Below the pieces are notes generated by a model. The model was not told the origin of the DNA. It saw nothing but the letters and a program-made list of their open reading frames with translations, and made no database searches. From an uncultured bacterium (GTDB lineage Bacteria; Patescibacteriota; Minisyncoccia; Phycocordibacterales; UBA5272): 43,007 nucleotides of DNA. The translations under genes and the position numbers were made by a program. The stretch lies in the NCBI GenBank assembly GCA_903834855.1, contig CAILKS010000022.1, positions 1 through 43,007 of the forward strand, in the 5' to 3' direction. Below are positions 25,651 to 34,521 of this stretch, piece by piece; position 1 is the stretch's first letter, and every line of letters starts with the position of its first letter.

Positions 25651-25724
25651 GTGGGGTAGTTTTTAGACATCAGACATTAGATTTTAGATGACTCAAAATT
25701 CTAATACTTTAATCAATTAAAATC

Positions 25725-25762
25725 TATATTTTGAAAATTGATACTTGAAAATTGATAATTAA
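25725..25762 (+). repeat. Family-A heptad tract (TATATTTTGAAAATTGATACTTGAAAATTGATAATTAA)
   Basis: Direct reading. Confidence 0.75.
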
Positions 25763-25848
25763 TCCAATCATTAGGGTATTGGATTATAACACAAAAACTA
25801 GTAAAAGTCGACCAAAAATAGACTTTCAGATTACAGAAACCAGACGAC

Positions 25849-25882
25849 AGTAAATACAAATACAGGTGGCCACTTCGTGGCC
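25849..25882. terminator. Second copy of the ACAGGTGGCCAC-TTCG-GTGGCCACCTGT hairpin, with flanking heptad arms (CAGATTA CAGAAAC CAGACGA / inverted)
   Basis: The 34-nt core is identical to 16150-16183. It lies downstream of the 25956 gene on the minus strand. Confidence 0.75.
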
Positions 25883-25955
25883 ACCTGTATTTCTGTTATC
25901 TGTAATCTGTGTCTTCTCTCCCCTCTTAACTCTTTCCTTTATCTTCTATCTACCC

Positions 25956-26498
25956 CTACTGTCCAACAAATGATTCTCTTATCTCAGAGATAACACTTTC
26001 ATTTCCTTTGTCAGACTTAATTACAGCAAGCCACTTTTCATTTTTAAATGAAGCAATATCCCATACTAATGTATTTGTTTCAAAATGATACCAAAGTACA
26101 CCATTTACCATTAATGTATTTTTAATAAGTGGCGCAGCTTCTAATGTTGGTAAAATAATATTATCGAAATACTGCTCTTCTGTATATCCTTTGTATTCTT
26201 GATTACTTAAATAAATAAAAGCTTTCTGTGTTCCTAAAATAGAATCATTCATAATTACCGTACGTCCACCATCTTCAAAAACTTCTGTTAAAGTTTTTGG
26301 TGAGGTGAAGTGATAAGCTAACACACTTTCTCCAGCATAAAGAGGAGTAGTGGAGCCGACAACTGATGAAGATATATTTATCTTAACAATGTCTATTTTT
26401 TCTTTTTTAGAATTAAGAATCTTAAACCCTGCCACAACAATAACAATTATAATAAAAGCAATAAATGTCCACTTAAAAAAACTATTTTTATCTTGCAT
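25956..26498 (-). CDS. Hypothetical membrane-anchored protein (180 aa)
   Basis: One N-terminal TM helix and no recognisable motif. The start is moved to the ATG at 26498; the track start is TTG. A TATACT box lies 8 nt upstream. Confidence 0.5.
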   Translation of the reverse strand: MQDKNSFFKWTFIAFIIIVIVVAGFKILNSKKEKIDIVKINISSSVVGSTTPLYAGESVLAYHFTSPKTLTEVFEDGGRTVIMNDSILGTQKAFIYLSNQEYKGYTEEQYFDNIILPTLEAAPLIKNTLMVNGVLWYHFETNTLVWDIASFKNEKWLAVIKSDKGNESVISEIRESFVGQ

Positions 26499-26571
26499 AT
26501 GACTCAAGTATACTCTTCTTATAAAAAGTAAGCAAAGACTGATTTATAAGGAGTTTTTAGATGTTTTATGT

Positions 26572-27879
26572 CTATTTTGGGATATTTTTTAACTCATCTT
26601 TTACTATAATCCTATCGTCCCAGGGCACCCTATTTCCTTTTATAACCATAGATTGTTCTGCACCTTTTCCTGTAATCAAAATAATATCGTTTATCCGTGC
26701 TAATGATAATGCTTTCTTTATACCATCTTTTCTATCTTCAATAATAAATAAATTTTTATCTCTTTCTTTTCCTGCTTTCTCTACTGAAATAGCAATATCT
26801 TCCAAAATTTGTTTTGGATCATCATCGTATGGATCAACATTACTAACAACTACATAATCAGCCATCTTTCCAGCCAGTTCCCCCATAATTGGTCTTTTAT
26901 TTTTATCTCGTCCACCTCCTTCTGCTCCCAGTAAAACAATAATTTTTGAATCTGCTCTTTTCATATTAATTGCCGTCTGTAAAAGATTAGTCATACTTTC
27001 TTTTTCATGAGCATAATCTACAATCACAGTAAAATTTTGTCCTTCCTCTATTTTTTCCATTCTCCCTGGAATAGTTTTTAATTCCAATAATCCTTTTTTA
27101 ATCATAGAATCACTAATACCAAAAATACGAGAGATAATAATAGCCGGCAATGCATTATAGACATTAATTTTACCAATAATTCCTATATTGAAAATTTCTT
27201 TATCTAATTCAAAAGAAACACCCTCACTTGTTTCTTTTATATTATCTACCATGACATCTCCATTATTTTTCAAAGAAAAAGTTATCTTTTTATCTGCTTT
27301 AAAATTTAAAAAAGTATCAACGTGTTCATTGTCTTTATTTGCAATAATTATTTTATCAACAACTTTTCCTTTTATAACTTTCTTATAAGAAGAAAGATTC
27401 TCAAACATCTTCATCTTCATTTGTTTATATTTTTCAAAACTCCCATCATGTGAAGCTAAATGCTCTGGTGACAAATTTGTAAATACCGCTATATCATAAT
27501 AAATCCCTCTATGACGGTTTTGTTTTATTCCCTCAGATGTTGTTTCAACAATACAATGAGTACACCCCTCTTTTACCATTTGAGCCATAAGACTTTGTAT
27601 AATAAATCTACCAGGCATACTCATATGATATTTATTTAGAAATTCTTTTTCACCAATACGAATATTTGCAGTACTTATAATCCCTGTTTTATAACCTCCC
27701 CCTGTGAGAGTAGACCAAATAAAATTTATAGTTGATGTTTTTCCTTTAGTTCCAGTAACTCCTATAATAATCATCTTTTTTGACGGAAAACCATAATATG
27801 CAGTAGCAATAATTGCCATTAAATAATGGTAAATAGTAAAAATCTTTTTTGGTAAAATTTTCTTTAAGAGTTTTTTCAT
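26572..27879 (-). CDS. Mur ligase family protein (MurE-like UDP-MurNAc-tripeptide synthetase lacking the usual N-terminal domain)
   Basis: P-loop IGVTGTKGKTST, FTNLSPEHL..H, and a C-terminal Mur ligase domain. Its start overlaps the FemAB stop as ATGA. Confidence 0.7.
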   Translation of the reverse strand: MKKLLKKILPKKIFTIYHYLMAIIATAYYGFPSKKMIIIGVTGTKGKTSTINFIWSTLTGGGYKTGIISTANIRIGEKEFLNKYHMSMPGRFIIQSLMAQMVKEGCTHCIVETTSEGIKQNRHRGIYYDIAVFTNLSPEHLASHDGSFEKYKQMKMKMFENLSSYKKVIKGKVVDKIIIANKDNEHVDTFLNFKADKKITFSLKNNGDVMVDNIKETSEGVSFELDKEIFNIGIIGKINVYNALPAIIISRIFGISDSMIKKGLLELKTIPGRMEKIEEGQNFTVIVDYAHEKESMTNLLQTAINMKRADSKIIVLLGAEGGGRDKNKRPIMGELAGKMADYVVVSNVDPYDDDPKQILEDIAISVEKAGKERDKNLFIIEDRKDGIKKALSLARINDIILITGKGAEQSMVIKGNRVPWDDRIIVKDELKNIPK

Positions 27880-28901
27880 ATATATTTCTTAATATATTTT
27901 CTAAAGTTATAAAGATAATACCAGAAAGGATTTACAACCAAATCAAAAAAATCTGAATGTTCTACTTTTTTACCGCCAAATTTCATTTTAAAAGTTGTTA
28001 ACCCATCCCATCCTTTGTATATATTATTTTCTGTAGCAATACCACCAAAATTATAATAATTACAATTTAATTGCTTTGCATAACAAATAGCTTTCCATTG
28101 TGCTAAATATGTCGGCATACGATTCCTCTCCTCGGTACTAGAACCACCAAAAACATAATTAGCAATTCCAGAAAAAATAATAACTAAATCAATTGCTAAA
28201 ACTTTTTCACCAAATTTTGTTATGGCTAAATAGGAATTTTCTTCACTCAAATTTTTAAAAATATTTTCATAATATTTTTTAGGATGAAGATTAAAACCAT
28301 TTCTCTTTGCTGTTATATCCATTAACTCATAAAAAATATCCAAATATTCTCCAAAATCTTTTGTTATTATTTCTGAAGTAATTTCTTTCTTTTCAGCTAA
28401 TCTTATAGAATAGCGAGTTTTCTCATGCATATCCATAAGTATTTCATCTTCAGTTTTATTTAATGGTAGAAACCATTCTTCACGTGGCTGAAAATATGCT
28501 GAATGGTATGTATAAAGTGGTGCCTTAGTAAAAACTTTTGAAAGTTTCTCCTCAGAAATTACTGGAGTAAAATCCAAACGAACAAAAACTGCCTTTTCTT
28601 TTTTTGCAATTTCTTTTAATTCTTTTTTCAGTGAAATTAAAAATTCTGACGAAATATCTTGTGTCACTGGCCCATAAGGTATATATAAATAACTTTTACC
28701 AAGCAAAAGTGGATATTTTATTATTTGAAAATAAGCAACAACTTTTTCTTCTTCGTATGCTAAAAATATTCTAACTTTTCTACCTAAACTTTTTTGCCAA
28801 TCTCCATAAAAACTTGCCTGAGTAAAAGGCACATCTTTACAAAGACTACTCGGATCAAAATATTTATCATCTATTATTTCTTTGAAATCAAAATTTTTCA
28901 T
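27876..28901 (-). CDS. FemAB-family peptidoglycan interpeptide-bridge aminoacyltransferase
   Basis: FTQASFYGDWQ ... LYIPYGPV ... and a C-terminal GLTTFKMKFGG motif. Length is 341 aa. Confidence 0.75.
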   Translation of the reverse strand: MKNFDFKEIIDDKYFDPSSLCKDVPFTQASFYGDWQKSLGRKVRIFLAYEEEKVVAYFQIIKYPLLLGKSYLYIPYGPVTQDISSEFLISLKKELKEIAKKEKAVFVRLDFTPVISEEKLSKVFTKAPLYTYHSAYFQPREEWFLPLNKTEDEILMDMHEKTRYSIRLAEKKEITSEIITKDFGEYLDIFYELMDITAKRNGFNLHPKKYYENIFKNLSEENSYLAITKFGEKVLAIDLVIIFSGIANYVFGGSSTEERNRMPTYLAQWKAICYAKQLNCNYYNFGGIATENNIYKGWDGLTTFKMKFGGKKVEHSDFFDLVVNPFWYYLYNFRKYIKKYI

Positions 28902-29029
28902 TATTTTACAAGCATTTTACAGCTAGCTTCATAAAGTAATTCTACACCGAAGGTGTGATTAAACCAAACCTTCCCATTATCAATTACTTCTGTTTAAAAA
29001 AATTCTGACCGGTAAATTAGCTATAAAAA

Positions 29030-29299
29030 CTAGACTCTGCCAGAAATATCTTTGTATACCACCGATCTGTGCGCAATCAAAACAATAAAAACCTCTTTCT
29101 TCTTAAGATGAAAAATAACACGATAATCTCCGACCCTCATACTTCTCAACCCAAACAAAGAAAATTGAAGTGGTTTACCAAAAAAATCTGGCTGTGTTTC
29201 TAATTTTTCCTCAATTGCTTTTCTTATAATATTTTTATGAGAACTAGAAATATTTGCAAGATCATCTATTATTTTTTTGTGATATGTTATTTCAAACAT
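29030..29299 (-). CDS. RelE/ParE-family type II toxin
   Basis: 89 aa with the C-terminal signature RVGDYRVIFHLKKKEVFIVLIAHRS. Confidence 0.75.
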   Translation of the reverse strand: MFEITYHKKIIDDLANISSSHKNIIRKAIEEKLETQPDFFGKPLQFSLFGLRSMRVGDYRVIFHLKKKEVFIVLIAHRSVVYKDISGRV

Positions 29300-29313
29300 A
29301 GAGATGCTTATTA

Positions 29314-29535
29314 TTATCCCCAGACTTCCTTATGAGAAAGCTTCTTACTCTTTTCATTAAGTCTTTGATCTCCTAAAATACTAAAAGCTCTATCCTCTTC
29401 TAACATAAGAGATATTTTAAGTAATTCACTTATTTTTGTAGCTTGTGGGACTTTGTCACGCTTAGCCATATGAGAAACCAATTTCTCAACGTCACTGGTA
29501 AGTGTTATATTTAATCTTCGTTTTAATGTTGTCAT
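29314..29535 (-). CDS. Ribbon-helix-helix antitoxin partner of the RelE/ParE toxin
   Basis: 73 aa with an N-terminal beta-strand/helix pattern (RRLNITLTSDVEKLVSHMAKRD). It lies 14 nt upstream of the toxin on the same strand. Confidence 0.65.
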   Translation of the reverse strand: MTTLKRRLNITLTSDVEKLVSHMAKRDKVPQATKISELLKISLMLEEDRAFSILGDQRLNEKSKKLSHKEVWG

Positions 29536-29540
29536 GTACT

Positions 29541-29561
29541 AAGTGTATCAGAAGTGTATCA
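29541..29561 (-). promoter_or_regulatory. Direct repeat AAGTGTATCA x2 (minus strand TGATACACTT x2) overlapping an extended -10 (TGATACACT), 6 nt upstream of the antitoxin ATG; candidate operator
   Basis: Direct reading of 29541-29550 and 29552-29561. Confidence 0.4.
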
Positions 29562-29611
29562 CTTGTCAACAACGAACTAGTTTCAAGTTTCCAGTTTTTA
29601 GTTTCTAGGAA

Positions 29612-29638
29612 TTTTACGAAGGTCTTGCCTTCGTAAAA
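29612..29638. terminator. Perfect 11-bp hairpin TTTTACGAAGG-tcttg-CCTTCGTAAAA downstream of uvrB
   Basis: Direct reading. Confidence 0.6.
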
Positions 29639-29696
29639 TCAAAGTATCCCCGATTTGTATTTTCTAATGTCTATTGTCTATTGTCTCCCCATGAGG

Positions 29697-31757
29697 TTAT
29701 ATTTTTGATTTAAGAACTTCCAGTTCGTCGCGGAGGATAGCAGCAGTTTCGAAATCTAATATCTTTACAGGTTCCTTCATAGCCTTTTCCTTAAGTTTAA
29801 TTAATTTATCTGGATTCTTTGCAAATAATTTTTTATCAATACGCAACTCCTCATTCACAGCCTTTGCATGATCACTTTGTATTTCCTCAGTAATATCATG
29901 AATATTTTTCTGTATTGTTGTGGGAGTGATACCATGCTCCTTATTGTAATCTTCTTGAATCTTTCTTCTACGATTTGTTTCCCCTATTGCACGCTCCATA
30001 GAACCAGTCATGACATCTGCATACAAAATAACTCGCCCATTTGAGTTACGTGCAGCTCGCCCAATTGTTTGAATAAGTGACGTCTCTGAACGAAGAAATC
30101 CCTCTTTGTCGGCATCCATAATTCCTATAAGTGTTACCTCAGGCAAGTCTAAGCCCTCTCGAAGCAAGTTAACTCCAACAAGACAGTCGAATGTTCCACG
30201 ACGAAAACTCGTGAGAATAGCAATACGTTCCATAGTTTTTATATCACTGTGAACATACTCAGCTTTAACACCTTGTTCTTTCAAATATTCTGATAAACTT
30301 TCTGCCATTTTTTTTGTAAGGGTTGTTACAAGAACTCTTCCACCTTTTTTTACATCTTTAATAACCTCTCCAATAAAATCATGAACTTGGCCTTTATATT
30401 TACCACTTGCTCCGACTTTTCTAATTTCCAAAACTGGATCAAGTAATCCCGTTGGGCGAATAATCTGCTCCACCACTTGATCAGATTCTTCACATTCAAA
30501 CTTCCCTGGTGTAGCAGACACATAAATAACTTCTGCCACCCGCTTTTCAAACTCATCATATTTAAGTGGACGATTATCTTTGGCGCTCGGTAATCTAAAA
30601 CCATATTCTACAAGTGTATTTTTACGGGACTGATCGCCTGCATACATACCGTGTAACTGTGGAAGTGTTACATGTGATTCATCTATGATAGTTAAAAACT
30701 CCGCCTCACCATTTTTATTATGTGGGAAATACTCAAGTAATGTGTCCGGTGCAACACCTACTTCTTTTCCTGATAAATGTCTTGAGTAATTTTCTATACC
30801 CTGACAAAATCCAACTTCTTTAATCATGGCGACATCATAACGAGTGCGACGCTTAATTCTCTCAGCCTCTAATATTTTTCCTTCTTTATCAAACTCTACT
30901 AATCTTAATTTTAATTCTGCTTCGATAGTTTTCACTGCACGCTCGCGAGTAGGTACATCTGAAATAAAATGTTTCGCTGGAAAAATAAAATAATTGTCTA
31001 CAACTTTTAAAAGCTTCATAGAAACTGGATCAACGATTTGCATATGAGAAATTTTACCTCCGGTAATTTCTAACTGAAGCATTATAGTTTCAGATATTGG
31101 CATTATATCTATTCTATTTCCAAGTGCACGAAATGTCCCAGGAGAAAGATCAGCATTAGTTCTTTCATATTGAACACCAACAAATCTTCTCATAAGCTCA
31201 ACTTTTGAAGCACTATCTCCAACAGATAATTTTATATTTTCTCTTTCATAATCCTTCGGTGACCCTAAACCATAAATACAAGAAACAGAAGCAACAATAA
31301 TTACATCTTTTCTGGTTAATAATGCTTGTGTGGAAGCATGGCGAAGTCTATCTATCTCTTCATTTATCTGTGCATCTTTTTCTATATAAGTATCAGTCAC
31401 CGGCATGTATGCTTCTGGTTGATAGTAGTCATAATAAGATACGAAATAGTGAACGGCAGCGTCTGGGAAAAATGTACGAAACTCTTGAGCAAGCTGAGCA
31501 GCGAGTGTTTTGTTATGAGCAATAACAAGTGTAGGTTTTTGTATTTGCTGTATTACATTTGCAATAGTAAAAGTTTTTCCAGTACCAGTTGCACCAAGTA
31601 ATGTCTGACGTCTCATACCTTTTTTAAGACCATTAACCAAACCTAAAATAGCCTTTGGCTGATCGCCTGCCGGTACAAAACCTTTCAAATTAAAGACTCC
31701 AGAAATTTCATTTTTCTCTCCGGATACTTTTTTATTATTTTTTACTTCGCTTGACAT
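29697..31757 (-). CDS. uvrB: Excinuclease ABC subunit B
   Basis: GDQPKAI, the GATGTGKT helicase motif I, DESH, and a C-terminal UVR domain (...FETAAILRDEL). The start is moved to the ATG at 31757 (MSSEVKNNKK) because TGCTATAAT lies 12 nt upstream. Confidence 0.95.
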   Translation of the reverse strand: MSSEVKNNKKVSGEKNEISGVFNLKGFVPAGDQPKAILGLVNGLKKGMRRQTLLGATGTGKTFTIANVIQQIQKPTLVIAHNKTLAAQLAQEFRTFFPDAAVHYFVSYYDYYQPEAYMPVTDTYIEKDAQINEEIDRLRHASTQALLTRKDVIIVASVSCIYGLGSPKDYERENIKLSVGDSASKVELMRRFVGVQYERTNADLSPGTFRALGNRIDIMPISETIMLQLEITGGKISHMQIVDPVSMKLLKVVDNYFIFPAKHFISDVPTRERAVKTIEAELKLRLVEFDKEGKILEAERIKRRTRYDVAMIKEVGFCQGIENYSRHLSGKEVGVAPDTLLEYFPHNKNGEAEFLTIIDESHVTLPQLHGMYAGDQSRKNTLVEYGFRLPSAKDNRPLKYDEFEKRVAEVIYVSATPGKFECEESDQVVEQIIRPTGLLDPVLEIRKVGASGKYKGQVHDFIGEVIKDVKKGGRVLVTTLTKKMAESLSEYLKEQGVKAEYVHSDIKTMERIAILTSFRRGTFDCLVGVNLLREGLDLPEVTLIGIMDADKEGFLRSETSLIQTIGRAARNSNGRVILYADVMTGSMERAIGETNRRRKIQEDYNKEHGITPTTIQKNIHDITEEIQSDHAKAVNEELRIDKKLFAKNPDKLIKLKEKAMKEPVKILDFETAAILRDELEVLKSKI

Positions 31758-31769
31758 AGTTGACTTATG

Positions 31770-31778
31770 ATTATAGCA
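31770..31778 (-). promoter_or_regulatory. Extended -10 (TGCTATAAT) for uvrB
   Basis: The minus strand reads TGCTATAAT-n12-ATG. Confidence 0.5.
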
Positions 31779-31841
31779 TAAAACCCAGCACTGTTCCTTA
31801 AATTGGAACAGATCCCCTATCATCAACAGGAGATTGAAATA

Positions 31842-32207
31842 ATGACTCAGAAAATTATCCCAAAAGAAACACATATTCAACTTAGTGGTACTGAGTTAGA
31901 TCGTCTTCATAGGGCAATGATGGATGACCCTGAGAATGTCTTCTTTGCCCGCAAAGTTGATGATCCTCACCCTTGGCCATCATATCTATTGCTTGTGGGG
32001 CCATACTGCCGGGTCTCTGACCCGTTCGAAACAAGTGTCTGTCCAATTCATGGTTACAACTCATCTTTTGATATTTTACACCTAGCAATAAAGGGAGACA
32101 CTGGTGAAATTGTGATGAGGGAAGCCAAGATAGCTCAAGTTGGTGGGTGGAAACCACCGATTGAAGGTAATCATCTTTTCGCATTCATTCCAAAATCCAT
32201 CCAATAG
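31842..32207 (+). CDS. Hypothetical protein (121 aa), GC-richer than its neighbours, with a canonical SD
   Basis: AGGAGA (31828-31833) lies 8 nt before the ATG at 31842, and a terminator follows at 32229-32256. No recognisable motif. Confidence 0.55.
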   Translation: MTQKIIPKETHIQLSGTELDRLHRAMMDDPENVFFARKVDDPHPWPSYLLLVGPYCRVSDPFETSVCPIHGYNSSFDILHLAIKGDTGEIVMREAKIAQVGGWKPPIEGNHLFAFIPKSIQ

Positions 32208-32228
32208 GCCTCTTCCAACTAAAAAACT

Positions 32229-32256
32229 CTGCACGCTAGCCACGTGCGGATTTTTT
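32229..32256. terminator. Bidirectional intrinsic terminator (CTGCACG-ctagcca-CGTGCGG, A-run before, T-run after)
   Basis: Direct reading. It lies between the convergent 31842 ORF and tgt. Confidence 0.65.
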
Positions 32257-32282
32257 CATATAAAAACTTATGAGCTTTTTTA

Positions 32283-33563
32283 CTATTTATAATACCTCTT
32301 AATAAATTCTTTTTTAAATTCTAAAAAGTTACCAGAAAGTATTGCCTCTCGTGCTTCTTCGCAAAGAGTAGTTAAGAATTTTAAATTATGAATTGATGCG
32401 AGTGTGGCAGCTAGCATTTCATCTGCTTTAAATAGATGATTCAAATAACTTTTTGTAAACTGATGTGTATACCAAGATTCTTCATCACTAATCGGTGACA
32501 TATCGTTTTTATAAATTGCATTTGTAATATTTATGCGTCCATCTTTTGTATAAATAGCACCATTACGAGCAATGCGAGTTGGTGCAACACAATCAAAGGT
32601 ATCGACACCATTTTCTATTCCCATTAAAATATCAATCGGCTCACCTATTCCTAATAAATGTCTAGGCTTTCCCTCAGGCAGTATTTCATTAACCCATTTT
32701 ACAGCTGTACCCATATCTTCTTTTGTAAAACTCCCACCTATTCCATAACCATCAAAGTCCATAGCACCTAATACTGTTGCTGACTCTTTTCTTAATTCTT
32801 CATACGATCCACCTTGGACCACACCAAAGAGCGCCTGCATTTTCCCTGTTGCACCAGATACTCCCAGTCTTTTATGTTCATCTAAACTTCTTTTTGCCCA
32901 AGCGTGAGTACGATCTATTGCTTCACGTTGATATGCAACTGGGGCAAGAGGTGATGTGCATTCATCAAATGCAAAAAATATATCAGCACCCAAATTGTGT
33001 TGTATATTCATACTTACCTCTGGAGTAAATCTATGAGTTGATCCATCAATTACAGATTTAAAAGTAACACCATCATCATCTATTTTTGCTAATTTTTCAT
33101 GTGTTTCTTCACGAGCATTACTTTCACTTTCTCTTTTACTTATTTCTTCACTCGTTGCAATCTTACTCACACCATGACCGAGCGCGTGACCTAAAGAAAA
33201 AACTTGAAAACCCCCCGAATCAGTAAACGTCGGCATTAATTTGTATTCTTCTTTTTGTATTTCCTCTTTCCTCTCAACTCTTTCCTCTTTCCTATTTTTC
33301 CAATTCATCATCCTCGCAAAACCCCCATGCTTTTTTACAATCTCATCCCCAGGTTGAAGATATAAATGATAAGTATTAGCGAGTACAGCTTGTGCACCAA
33401 CACAATCCCTAATCTGCTCAGGTGTTAAAGACTTCACAGTTGCTTTTGTGCCCACAGTAATAAAAGCTGGTGTTTTTATATCACCGTGTGGAGTATGAAT
33501 AATGCCCGCACGCATAAGAGGTATACCTTCTATTTTTTTAATTATCTCAAAAGAAAATGACAT
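32283..33563 (-). CDS. tgt: tRNA-guanine transglycosylase (queuine tRNA-ribosyltransferase) homolog with insertions and without the CxCxxC zinc motif
   Basis: TPAFITVGTKATVK, ANTYHLYLQPG, TDSGGFQVFSLG, FDECT, LLGIGEP, FDCVAPTR. Confidence 0.9.
   Translation of the reverse strand: MSFSFEIIKKIEGIPLMRAGIIHTPHGDIKTPAFITVGTKATVKSLTPEQIRDCVGAQAVLANTYHLYLQPGDEIVKKHGGFARMMNWKNRKEERVERKEEIQKEEYKLMPTFTDSGGFQVFSLGHALGHGVSKIATSEEISKRESESNAREETHEKLAKIDDDGVTFKSVIDGSTHRFTPEVSMNIQHNLGADIFFAFDECTSPLAPVAYQREAIDRTHAWAKRSLDEHKRLGVSGATGKMQALFGVVQGGSYEELRKESATVLGAMDFDGYGIGGSFTKEDMGTAVKWVNEILPEGKPRHLLGIGEPIDILMGIENGVDTFDCVAPTRIARNGAIYTKDGRINITNAIYKNDMSPISDEESWYTHQFTKSYLNHLFKADEMLAATLASIHNLKFLTTLCEEAREAILSGNFLEFKKEFIKRYYK
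33260..33301. repeat. Six tandem heptads (TTTCCTC TTTCCTC TCAACTC TTTCCTC TTTCCTA TTTTTCC) inside tgt
   Basis: Direct reading. On the coding strand they encode part of the lineage-specific insert KNRKEERVERKEEIQKEE. Confidence 0.7.
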
Positions 33564-33569
33564 AGATAC

Positions 33570-33578
33570 ATACTATCA
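33570..33578 (-). promoter_or_regulatory. Extended -10 (TGATAGTAT), 6 nt upstream of the tgt ATG
   Basis: The minus strand reads TGATAGTAT-gtatct-ATG. Confidence 0.45.
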
Positions 33579-33652
33579 GCCAAGTACAAATTAGACAAAC
33601 ATTATTAAAACGTATAGTATTGGAGCAATTGTACAACTAACTGGAGTTTTTC

Positions 33653-34336
33653 ATGAATAGATTACCTGACAAGGCCAGGTTCATGGAAGAACTTGGCAAT
33701 AATAGAAAAGTGAAAGAAGAAGACAAAATAATTCTAAATACAGTCTACGAATTCAGTCTTCTTCATCATTTAAATGCACCCAAAAGAGCAACTGGGGAAC
33801 ATTATTTCTGGCATATATATCGTGCCGTAATGAGAATGCTTGACGTCTTTGAACTTCTTGGAATCTGGGACGTTAGAGTTGTAATAATTTTACTACTTCA
33901 CGACACGATTGAAGACGCTAGAGATGCAGGTTTTGACCCAGCTCTTGTATTAACAGAAATAGCACGTAAATTTGACGATGAAACAGCCTTCGGAACCATG
34001 GCTATAACAAAAAAAGAGAAAGAGCATTCCAAAGATGTTCTAAAAAAACTTATATTGTTATTCTATTGGCGTTCACATGCTGCAAAAGCTTTTGATCGAG
34101 AAGATAATCTCTCAACTTTACATGGAATGGAAATACCTTCTCAGCTAAAAAAATTAGCTGAGACTGAAAAATATTTCCCTGCAATTTTCAATCGACTGGA
34201 AGCAGAACTTACAATTGCTGTTAAGTATCGCGGTTACGATAAAAACTGGCTAAATCTTACTCCATTGTTACGAATAAGGCAAAAAAAGCTAGTAATAGAA
34301 AACCGAGCCCGACTCAAAGCTTTGGGAATTACGTAA
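33653..34336 (+). CDS. HD-domain protein related to the RelA/SpoT (p)ppGpp hydrolase domain (small alarmone hydrolase-like)
   Basis: GEHYFWHIYRAV ... LLLHDTIEDA ... KAFDREDNLSTL. There is no synthetase domain. Confidence 0.65.
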   Translation: MNRLPDKARFMEELGNNRKVKEEDKIILNTVYEFSLLHHLNAPKRATGEHYFWHIYRAVMRMLDVFELLGIWDVRVVIILLLHDTIEDARDAGFDPALVLTEIARKFDDETAFGTMAITKKEKEHSKDVLKKLILLFYWRSHAAKAFDREDNLSTLHGMEIPSQLKKLAETEKYFPAIFNRLEAELTIAVKYRGYDKNWLNLTPLLRIRQKKLVIENRARLKALGIT

Positions 34337-34372
34337 GCGCCATTACCTAACCCGTGTGGCGTTTTACTTTTT
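34337..34372 (+). terminator. Probable intrinsic terminator after the HD-domain gene (GCGCCA-n14-TGGCGT plus a T-run)
   Basis: Direct reading. The stem is short. Confidence 0.45.
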
Positions 34373-34439
34373 AAAAAACTAATAAAATCACTTCATCTAC
34401 TTTTTGTCCACGACATGAATCTGTTGATTCAGCTACGGA

Positions 34440-34515
34440 ATTTTTCTCAGTCGTCGTACTAGATGTACGCCTTCTTTAAAAAATTCCTAGGCTCCTCGTA
34501 TCTGAAGCAATTTTA
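34440..34515. repeat. Family-B repeat copy (GTCGTCGTAC-tagat-GTACGCCTTC ... AAAAAATTCCTAGGCTCCTCGTATCTGAAGC)
   Basis: It aligns by eye with 14570-14625 and with the reverse complement of 16985-17051. Confidence 0.6.
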
Positions 34516-34521
34516 TTAATC

